From the NCBI RefSeq assembly GCF_018977255.1, contig NW_024704745.1, positions 21,638,001 through 21,702,000 of the forward strand: DNA of 64,000 nucleotides. Direction: 5' to 3'. The notes under the pieces are model-generated. The model was not told the DNA's origin, ran no database searches, and was given only the letters and a program-made list of their open reading frames with translations. Origin of the DNA: Callorhinchus milii (Eukaryota). Both the position numbers and the translations under genes were made by a program. The first letter of the stretch is position 1. Each line of letters opens with the position of its first letter. This document shows, piece by piece, positions 40,121 to 51,215 of this stretch.

Positions 40121-40767
40121 GGTAAGATAAAAATATAATTGATTACTCTGACCTTGTTTATACAATTATTTGCTTCTCAACTACCACAAAAAACAACTCA
40201 GAAAAATAATCTAATTTGAATAAAAGCAGATTTAAGGTATCCAGTGCACTTTACGTAAGAACCAGTCCAGGCTAACTGGGTTTCAAGGAGGAGTTTTATT
40301 TCCAAATAAATGAAAACTTTTTTTAAAAAAAATTGGCTCCATATCAAAGAACAATTTTAATGAATCCGTGGTTCTAAATTCCAATAAAGAGAGCAGAGCA
40401 GTGTTGTGAAATGGTTGGGCAGGATATAGCAATAATCACATTCCACCTTAATCCACACCGTGAATCCATTAACCCAATATGTAAATGCACTCATACGCAG
40501 AGTGCTAGTTTGTTTTGCAAAGTAGATAAAAGAAATAACAACAGGTATACTTCAGAGATTTTGTAGTCCCCCAGTACAGCCTCAAGGCTTCCTTGCATTG
40601 GGACTTTCCAATATTTATACATCAGATGTAAATATATGAAAAAAGCTCTCAACTGTTTAACCGGATTATAATTGTGGAAACATTTTGTAACTAGAGGAAT
40701 AATTAATTCCTGCTAAAATCAAGATGATAATATTTACCCCAGTTTTTAAAATATAACATAATTGCGG

Positions 40768-41341
40768 CATCTCAAAGCACTGTACAAAATATATTGTAAA
40801 GTGAATTGACTGTCTATTTTTGTGGGCGAAACAGGGCAGCCAATTGCACACAGCAGTGCCCACAAACAGTCAGGCATTGAATGACCAATTTTTTTTAAAG
40901 GGATTATTACCCCCAGAAAACCGATGCCCCAATCAACTAGCAACCGGGTTCCTACTTCCTGCTAGGTACATTGTGGAGTCCTATAGCTCAGTGGTTAGAG
41001 CATTCGCCTTACAAGCAAGACACCTGGGTTCAATTCCAGGCAGGGCAAAACCTTGGGCAAGTTTCCTTACTCCACACGCCTAATAATAATCCCTCCAAAA
41101 AACAAAAACAATAATAAATTGGTCATTTTCAATCCACGACTGTTTGTGGGACACTGCTGTGTGTAATTGGCTGCCATGTTTCGCCCACAAATATACGGTC
41201 AATTCACTTTACAGCATATTCTGTGAAGCGCTTTGAGACGTCTAGAAGACGTGAAAAGCGCTATATCAAATGCAAGGATTATTATTATTATAGGTAGAGG
41301 CATGTAGAGTAAGGAAGCTTGCCTTAGGTTTTGCCCTGCCA
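40768..41341. mobile_element. Nested SINEs: short copy (+, 40975-41290) inserted in a long copy (-, 40768-40969 and 41291-41341)
   Basis: The host sequence CTAGGTA|(AAC)AGAGGC is split; TAGGTA occurs on both sides. Confidence 0.9.
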
Positions 41342-41954
41342 TCAAGAATGAGGCCTAAGCAGTTTATAATTGTGACTTCAATCCCAAACAAACTATGTTC
41401 TTGAAACACTTCGAAATTGAGTTTTTCCTTCCTGCACAGAAGTATTCAGCACAGCATTTGTAGAAGTTGCAAGAATAAATACTGCATAACCCACATATAG
41501 CAACAAAACTAACTCCTGACAGCTGTCACTCAATGGTAGAACCCACCAACTGAGGACGTTTTTTCTCCACTTATTGGTGAGTGTAGTACAAGCCTTTATT
41601 AGTGATGCGGCAGGAATAAATTACTGGGCTTGATGTGGTCTAAAAAATAATTATTCCTAAATTTTCTTCTCTTACCCAAAAGGCTTAAAATACATCCAGT
41701 TATTCTCATTCACTTACAGGGATTCATAAACAAGTCCTAATTTAGTTATATTTGCACAACTTAAATGACGTTCTATTTTTTCACTAGAGCCAAGGATGTT
41801 CCAAAAAAGTGCATTTTGTAGACCTTATGTTGAAATGTCCCAACGTACTTCACAAATAATGACTGCCATATGACTGTTAGTGTAGGCAAATGAAACAACC
41901 ATTTACATCAGCAAATCCATAAACAATTAATCTGGAGAATTGTTCCTTATTATT

Positions 41955-42400
41955 ATTAATCCTTGCATTTGATAATCCTAGCATTTAATATAGCAGTATA
42001 TCATGTCGTTGAGACGTCTCAAAGAACTTCACAGGATATACTGTAATGTAGATTGACTGTGCATTCTGTGGGCAAAATAATAATCCTTGCATTTGATATA
42101 GTACTTTTCAAGTCAGGAGTACATCTCAAAGTGCTTCACATGATATATTGTAAAGTATTGACTGTGTATGTTGTGGGCGAACTCAGCAGCCAATTTGCCC
42201 TGTGAGAACTTCATAGGTTCTTTATTGTGCACCTGAACCTAGGCATCTCAAAGAGGGACCATCTGACAAGCAGCCCCCACTTAAGCACGATACTGAAGGT
42301 CTAAGCTGGATCATAAACTCAAGTCCCAATGTGGATCTTGAATCCACAAAGTTCTGACTCAAAAGTGGCATTGCTACCAACTGAGGCAATCTGACACACT
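41955..42400 (-). mobile_element. Two tandem SINE tails followed by a SacSINE1-like 5' portion
   Basis: AATCCTTGCATTTGATA repeated; CTTGAATCCACAAAGTTCTGACTCA is the reverse complement of the SacSINE-type head. Confidence 0.7.
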
Positions 42401-44968
42401 TGGATAAATGATTGTTTTTTATTCAATTTCATATTTGAATGAGTGTAATTTGAAATGCTCCTTTAAACATTCTTAACGTTGGACAGCTTTCAGGCTCTCA
42501 TTACATCAAGGTAGGTTATTTCCGAATATGGACACAAACACATTAATGGCTTACTACATATTGGCAAACAATGCTGTACTTTCAAGTTCAGACACAGCAA
42601 CTTCAGTTCCTGCCTCACCCAAGCTGTTGGCATGCAAGTAAAATGTGAACATTTGCCAGCTTTTCAAAAACATTCCATGTATTATACAACCTCAAACCAG
42701 TACAATATGTATGTTGCATGATAACTTTCTTCTAATAACTGAATAATTTTACTCTGATAAAACTTTAAGCAAGTTATCAAACTTACTTCAATGGAACGCT
42801 ATCTCTACACAAATGTATTGTAGAATCCATTGGTTTCAGTTGACAGTTTGTATTCAGTCGATCCCAAATTACATTTACTTTGTTAAAACCTTTTTTCTTC
42901 GGCATTGCATGAAGATTAAACAAAACAGGTTTTTCAAATCATCTAATCTCAGAATTTAAACCTCAACAGTTTAGGCAGCTCTCTCTATGACTTGTATCAC
43001 TTGAACTCTTGGAAAAGGTATTGAATTTGAAGAATTTTTTTGCATGAACTGCCTTTGTACCTACAATTCTGAAAATCACCCATTTAATTTTGACATTGGG
43101 ATTGAAAGTGAGTTTAGGTATACTACACTACTTCCTCAGTGGGTGAGGACAACTAGGGAGAAAAAGAGACAAGACACACACATTATCACATTAAAACTTC
43201 ACGGGTAATTTTTGTGAAGCAGTGACTGCAGTTGTAGCAAAAACAAAAATGGAGAATACAAGTATGCTGTTATTATTTAAATACTGGGTGTAAAAAATAT
43301 GTAACCCCTCCAAAAATTTGCTAACATTCAAAACTGAACATTTAAATCAATGGAGTTATTTTTGTGACTAATGTTCAAACCGTTTCAGGAAAGCAGCATC
43401 TCACATTGCGCCTCAAATTCTCCTTGAATACTACAGAATGTATCAATGGAGAACAGCATTTTTCAAAGGGAAACTTAACCTGCTATTTCCCCGGAGGAGA
43501 CAAGTACCCTCTTCTCCTCACTCCCTTCCCCCACAGAAAATAAAATTCCACATACACAACACAGAAAATAATCTAAAGGCGTCATCTGAAAAGCCGTTTT
43601 GTAAAATGTTCAACTAATATCCTTGACATGCAGTGCAATGACCTCCCAACTGACTGGGCAGAATAGGAGCAGCCAAGAAATAAAAAATAAAGAACGTCCG
43701 CAACTAACCGTGATTAACCCGAATGACTCAAAATGGAAAGAGTTCACAGAATGCAATTGGAAAACAGAATGCAAGAAACAGAAATGTTCAGATTCAATAT
43801 CTTTGGAGGCTAGAGAAAAACATTGTTGATCCATCTTCTTTGGAAAATCACCTATAGTTATTCTCCTCCTAGAGATGGTTACATTTTGTAGTCTAACAGT
43901 CCAAACAGCACGCTCAACAGACCAAAATAACCCTTTATTCACCCTTATTTCCAATTTCTCTAAATTAATTATTTGTAGGAGTAGCTTATTTTGGAGACTG
44001 CTTAGACCAGAGCAATTAGGTGTAAGAAACAGTTAAAGGTCTATAGGATCAATTGGTACTTCAGGAAGTAATATTCATTGTATGTTTGTAAAATGATCCC
44101 CAAAATTACCTTTTATTTTGCATTTCCACAAATTACAGTCAATAGCTTTAGAGGTATGTAAAGGTGTAGTCTTCTGCTATCTGTCAAAGTGGAAATGTCT
44201 ACAATATAAAATCTGCTCAGAATTTCATTGCAATTCTCTGGTTTCTCATTAATTGCACGTAAATAGGTTAATTTAATATTCATTGTATTTCATCATGAAC
44301 CAGCACATTTTCCCTTTCATTCTTTTAATGAGATTCACTGGAACATATAATCTCCACATTCTCATACAATCTCTCGGGGAAAATAAATCATCTCCAGCAA
44401 TAAAAGGAATTAAACATATTTGACTTTCAAATCCAGCAGTGTAACACCAAAGTTAACTTTGATTGAAACACATGTTTCAATAAAAAGATGAAATAAGATT
44501 CTGTGCACTAAACTCATTGCCTTTTTATTATGATAGAATATGCTCCCAGCTGTCAAGATTTTAAATATACATACATAAATCACCTTGCATCCAGCAGGGA
44601 TCCAAAGCCTTATAGGTTAGACATAAGACCACTGTCTTAAAATGTAAGTTCGGACAGTATTTTGGAAAATCCTTATATTCAGATGTGATGCAAATCTCGA
44701 AAAAAATCTTTCTCAGATTTTTGAAAGACAGAATTTAAGAATTTTCTAAAATTCTCCACAATCTTGCATTTTGAGTCAATGGTATTAAGGCTAAAACTAT
44801 GAGAAATGTCAAGCTGCAAATAATTTGCCAACCATTATAACCTAAATATCGTTTTTTTTGTGTATCTGGGGAATTGCTTTACTGAAAAGTATTTTTCAAA
44901 GAGCTTAAATACAAGAACACAAATTGTATCTTCTTATCACACTGTGCTAGGGCCCTGCTCTGTTTCTC

Positions 44969-45293
44969 ATAATAATAACAATAATCTTGCATTTGATATA
45001 ATGCCCTATTATGTCTTCGAGACATCTCAAAGCGCTTCACAGAATATACTGTAAAGTGAATTGACTGTATTTTTGGGGGTGAAATGCAGCAGCCACAGCA
45101 GCGTCATGGATGGAAGTGACCAATTAATTTTTTTTAAGGAATTATTAGCCACGAAAAGCGATCGGCCAAACGACTAACAACCAGGCTCCTACTTACTGCT
45201 CGGTAAACAGGCGTGTGGAGTAAGGAAACTTGCCGAGCATTTCGCCCTGCTGGGAATTAACTTCAGGTCTCTAAACACTGAGCTACAGGACTC
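44969..45293 (-). mobile_element. SINE long subfamily with a partially deleted head
   Basis: Tail through CACTGAGCTACAGGACTC. Confidence 0.88.
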
Positions 45294-45403
45294 ACCTATA
45301 GTAATCTCTTAGTGGATATGATCAAAGTGACCTTTTTTTTCATGATCAACTACCTTCATGTTCAACTATCTTTTGCAGGAGCCCGATTGTCCATCTGGAA
45401 GAT

Positions 45404-45898
45404 GAGGTAGTATGAAGTATGCCATATTCATCATGATAGTCCAAGGATGGGACAGCAATAATGGGCTTTGCCTTTGCCAAGGGAAGCTGTTGAAAGAGAT
45501 CTAGCGTATTAGATTACTTGCCACTCACCATGTCCAAACAGTACAATGAAGTAATAAATTAAGAGAACAAGATGCTGGGCTACATTGTCAATCAGTTGAA
45601 TATGAACTCCCCAGGAGTCATTTACAAGCATGTACATACTTCAAGAATGAGTATGTTTTGGATGCTATGACAGAAGGAGGTTGGCAGGAATTGGGAGACT
45701 ATGCAGAAGAAAGCCATAAAGCAACTGATTGTCAATGTAGTCCAGCATTTTGTTCTCTTAATTTATTATTTAATTGTACTTTTGATTACTTGCCTCTCAC
45801 CATGTCCAAATACCCCTAGATCTCTTTCAACAGTTTCCCTTGGCAAAAGCAAATGCTATCCCATTGTTGGAATTATCATGGTATACTTCACACCACTT
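45404..45898. mobile_element. CR1 LINE relic arranged as an inverted duplication
   Basis: ERDLGV-like and MLGYI-like coding remnants; arms 45404-45598 and 45722-45898 are reverse complements. Confidence 0.75.
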
Positions 45899-47189
45899 TA
45901 GTATCACAGAAAGATTTCTTCCAATCAGTTATAAATAGGATTATGAAACAACAATATTATGAAGATTATGAATCACCCAGTGTTACATCATGAACACAGG
46001 AGCTGCACCGGAGTTTTCTATATAAATCCATAAAATGCTTCAGGAAGATGGTGGTGCTTTATTGCGACAGTCAAAACAATATTCTGATGGAACATTAAAG
46101 GAACTGCACAGGTAAGGCGTGGCGGAGTGGAGTGTTCCGTGTGAAAAACAAATTATTCGTAATTGACACAATTATCTATTTTAATACAAAAAACAAATGT
46201 ACCAAAAAATAAAATAACATGTTCTACAGCACAATTCTACAGGTTTTTCTCGTTTTCTTTATGCAAACTAAGGCTAAAACTCAATATCCAGTTGAATTAA
46301 ATGTCATGAGTTTATTGATTATATTTCCTGTCGTCTGCACAAATGACGTTCAATTGTCAAAACTGGCAGAACGCCTAGTTCTCTGAACAAATACTGTACC
46401 TGGGCAACTCTAAAGCAGGCTACCAAAAACATAGTTGAACACAAACATTGAGACACTATTTCTAAAGTGTAAGTGAAGTGTAAGAATGTTAAGATACTGC
46501 AAAATATTACCATACCCAAAATAAAGCAGATTGCTAAATCTCAAACCCTCATTATAAAGACTGATTTTACCTCCTAGAGATGGCGGTATTTTTGCCCACA
46601 AGACAGTCACTGGATTTTACAGTATATCCTGTGAAGCGCTTTGGGATGTCCTCCACATGTGAAAGGCGCAATACCATGCAAGGAGTATTATTATTTTATA
46701 TTTCTGCATTAAATTCCCTCCCATTCCTTTGCCCTCTATGTGAAAATGAACTGCTCTCAATGTTCTATACTATTAATACAGGAGAACTCTGCATTCCTTT
46801 GCATGCTAACTGGAATTGTACCTGGCTTGCAGTGGTAAGTAATTGGTTTATTGCATCAAAAAATGGCTGACTTCCAGGCGCAAGTTGCCAGTGATGATAC
46901 TTCCTGTGCATTGTGTACAAGTGCACCGTGCGTAGGAAACACACCAATGTCAATTTGTCAACAAAGTGCTGACAGCAGTTCTTGCACACAGGAAATCACA
47001 TCAGCAGCAACCTGACAACCCAAGAGTTGCCCATTTTTTATTGCTTTACTTACAACATGGCCTCTGAGTTACTGACCCAGAAGACCATAACAATGGTTCC
47101 CCCTGAAGTCACTGAATCAATTGCTAATCACTCCGAAGTAGAATACTGACTCACAGTAAAATTCATATGAACTTGCATTATGAAGAAAC

Positions 47190-47386
47190 AAAATACTGCA
47201 GATACTGGAAATATAAAACAAAAACTCTGGAAATCCACAGCAGGTTAGCTAGCAACTAAAGATTAAGCGATTAGTGTTTTGTACATGAAGATTCTAATAA
47301 CAGATCGAACAAAATATAAACTTAAGTCTCACCCCCTTTCAGATACTGATTGATCTACAGGGGATTTCCAGTGTTTGTTTTATTTC
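47190..47386. mobile_element. Penelope-type inverted-repeat element (degenerate)
   Basis: AAAATACTGCAGATACTGGAAAT start; ~45-bp imperfect inverted arms (…CTGGAAATCC… / …GGATTTCCAG…). Confidence 0.65.
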
Positions 47387-48239
47387 TTGTGTATAAAAAC
47401 GCTGCAAAACAGTGTGGCCTAATGTCTTACACAAATGCTTGCTTTCTCCTCTCTTGACATGATTACAAAAAAACTGCATTATTACATAAATTCAGTGGCT
47501 GGCACATAAAACTAAAAACATAAGTGAACTTGTTACAATACGGTTCAAGTTTTGGCAAGTTTTTTTTGTCTGCTTTATGCTATTATGTAGAATACTCCAA
47601 ACCAATACAGGACTGGGCAAAATGCACCTTGTGGCTGACCGTGACATGATTCCACCTCATGTACTCTGGTGGGCAGAATTCAAAGCCAAGCTGCCATGTC
47701 AATACAACTGTACATGCTTAAACCTGCCTAAGTACAGTTATTTACCAGTCATAATTCAGCTCTTTAATTTCCTACTATAAGACCTTCTCCAAGCTGACAG
47801 ATCAATCCGCTCTGGCTAGAATACGCTAGCCAGTGGCACGGGAGGGGCCAATCACCTTACTGTCTCAGATCCTGTTGTTGCCAGAGTCAGGTTGACACCA
47901 CTCCTCAGGGGTTTGGCTGCAACGCTGCTATCTATTCATAATGTTGTCACAGTAAAAGTGAAAGATCTAATGGAAAAATGGCTCTTTGTGTACATTTGTA
48001 AAGCTTTGCAAACCTTACATAACAAGGCAAACTTTAATTTAACTATTTTTACACATTTCAAAAACAAATTTCAAAGAAAAGCAGCAATTACAACTCACAG
48101 CATCTCAAGGATAGGAACATTTCTGTTGATTGAAAGTAATTATCAACTTGTGGTAGGGTTCATTATCATCCAAGATTTGGATCATCACAACCTATCTTCT
48201 ATAAAGGAAACAGTCAAGATGTGAAAGTTTTCTGCTGAT

Positions 48240-49060
48240 TTAGGTACAAGACCGAGGCTCTCCTGATTGGCTCCCGTCAGCGCTTCCTCAGCTCAGGCAC
48301 CTACAGCAACACCATCCATGGTTGCACACTCCACCTTGCGAAGCCAGTCCAGAATCTTGGGTTCTTGTTTGACCTTCAACTGCCTTCTCTATCCCTCATC
48401 TGCGCCATGACCCGCTCTGCCTTCCCCCACCTCCGCAACGTCGCCCGGCTCCACCACTGTCTCACATCGCAGGCCGCCGAAACCCTCATACATGCTTTCA
48501 TTACATCGAGGCTTGACTATGCAAACTCGTTGCTTGTCGGTCTCCCCAACTCCTCCTTCCACAGACTGCAGACCGTGTCCTCTCCTGCATGAGGATCCGC
48601 GACCCTATCAACCCCATTCTTACCCAACTCCACTGGCTTCCCATCATACAGAGGATACAGTTCAAGATCCTGGTCTTCACCTTCAAAGCCCTCCCCCCTA
48701 CCTCTGCGACCTCCTAACCCCCTATCATCCTGCTCACTCCCTCCACTCAGCGGGCACTGGCCCACATCACGTCCCCCATCTCGCTTGCCCCACTATTGGT
48801 GGGCTGGCCTTCCGCCATTCTACCCCCACTCTCTGGAACTCCATCCCACAGTCCCTCTGCCTCGCCCCCTCACTTGCCAACTTCAAGACCCATCTCAAGA
48901 CCCTCCTCTTAGACCGTGCTTTCGATCTCCCTGCTTCACCCCCTGCCCTCCACCCTCCCCGACCCCCAGCTCAGGTCCATAACTCTGTCTGTCCAGCGCC
49001 TTGAGACGTCCTCCCGACGTGAAAGGTTCTTTACAAATGTAATTTTGTTGGTGTGTTGTC
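48240..49060 (+). mobile_element. LINE-2 3' fragment
   Basis: [20 protein letters not shown] motif; tail GACGTCCTCCCGACGTGAAAGG. Confidence 0.92.
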
Positions 49061-50741
49061 GTCTTCACAACCAACAAGTAATGAACGACCAATATTCTGA
49101 AGTGAGAATATAGTAATGTAATAATCTTTGTTAATACCGTTGCTCAGTGCAAGATAACAACGGTAAAATCTAGGTCCAAGAAAGTTATTGATAGAAAGAA
49201 TTCGTATTTCCGAGAGTCTGGTTTGCAGCTCAATAACATATAAACATACAGAGCTCCTGTGACAGTGAATAGAAACCGCAGTATTGGTACACACCATGGT
49301 GGTAAGCAGAAATATTTTTAAAATCCATTCTTTGAGAACATGACCTAAATCTAACTGTCTGGATAGATCCTCTCTCTGCAGGTGATGTGAGCTTTGTAAG
49401 ATGTTCAACTATCTTTGCATGAATTCTGAATAAACAACAAAACAATATTGATCATTTAACAAACTAGGAATACTGTAATGTTCATACACTTCCACTGAGG
49501 GTTTCTTACATGGTTAAATGTCATTTCACCAGCTTTCAATTGGGCTAATATTACTGATCCACACATGGACTGAAAGGGCTGATTAAACAAGACAAATAAC
49601 AAAACTCAACTTCACTGTGCTCAAATGGCATATTCTGCAACCCAATCACAATGTACAATTGTGGCTGCACAAAAATTTAAAACTCACAGCAGTCTATTTC
49701 GCTCTATCAATCCCCCAAGCTGTAAATCATGTTTTCACAAAAAAGAAAGCTGATACCAGAATATTTTCTGCTGGTTTTGCAACATAGAGGAAAGGTCAGA
49801 TAGAGAGGGAAGAGGGAGAGAGAGAAAGAAAAAAACACACCTTGTGGGATTTTGAGCAAATGTTTCACATTTATTTAAAAAAAACTCTCTTTAACCCCAT
49901 TAGGAAATTATTTGATTATTTTCATTTTTTTCCAGATTTCCAAACACAAACATGTACTCAGATTTTGAACTTGTGAATTGCTTATAGCCAGCTGGAGAAT
50001 TATATAAAGTAGTTAGAATGTATGACAGGGTTCAGGTCACTCAGGGTGTGTATAAAAGATGGAACTATGTGGTACATTTAACAACAACAAGATTACATTT
50101 GTATCGCGCCTTTCACGTCGGGAGGACGTCCCAAGGCACTGGACATTTCAGATTTATTTAAGATAAATATCTGAACACAATTTGTTTTTACCTTTCAGGA
50201 ACCTGCTAACAACCATTACATTTCCTCCTTTACATACTAACAATGAAGTTTACTGGGACATGGCATTTTTCAGTGGACACAGTAAATGTTCTTCCCTGAC
50301 AACCTGCCAAGTGGTTATGTTTTACCAGGCAAGTTTTTTTTTATTTAAAAAAATGTTTCAACTCACTGCTGCAGAAACCAGCATGAGAGCAACCATTTTC
50401 TTTGGACTTTATCTTTTCCCTGTATAACATGGAAATGTACAGCATGTGTTTTGTTTCTGAATGGTTATAGATTTACTATGTCAGTCTTTCTGTGTTGCAG
50501 TGAAAACAAGTAAAACAGTTATCCTGAACATCTGGAGGTCATACTTGAACAAAGTATGACTCCACATTTGTGGTCCAACTGATAAGATATTGGCCTTCCT
50601 CCACATTGTTAACTAATACTAGTGCACTTAATAAAAGACTTGTAAAGAGGTATGGTAAGCAAAACAGTCAAGAGTAGAAGCATTGTAAACTCCAACTATT
50701 AGAATTGTAATTGTTAATACATACCAAGATTTATCATAATT

Positions 50742-51215
50742 TTTTTTGGTCAGCCAGGTGTCTGACACATGCGGAAACCCATCACCATGCTTAAGAGTAT
50801 CCAAACCAAGCTGAGATTTCCATGCATCTTACCTACACATGGAAATTCCAGAGATAAATCATTGGAATGGAATGTGCACACTCTCCCTGGAAAAACGCAT
50901 CCTGCTTATGCAATTCCGGAAAGTATTAGGAGCAGGTTGGCAAGAGCTAAGGCTTGGGGACCCCAGAGTGTGCCTTGGGGTACTGCTGGAGTCTAACCAG
51001 CTAAAACCGCATAGCTTGCCATTAATATTGCTGTCCAGCAAGCTTTACTGCTGCTTGTCCTACCCGTGAGGGCTTTGGCTTGTAGGATTAACAGGAGCTG
51101 AGTGGAATGACTCTCTGCCCCCAGTGACTGGTCTGCCCTTCCACTTCCTGCAGATGAGCCAGGTTGGCTGTTCTGTCATCAGCAGCGCCCTGGAATACCG
51201 CAGACCTGTCTGGAT
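50742..51215 (-). mobile_element. Unclassified ~470-bp poly(A)-tailed interspersed repeat (other copies 29890-30375 and 19958-20035)
   Basis: Three dispersed copies share T-tract+GGTCAGCCAGGTGTCTGA; two are colinear through AAGGCTTGGGG…ATGAGCCAGG…GCTGTTCTGTCAT. Confidence 0.7.
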
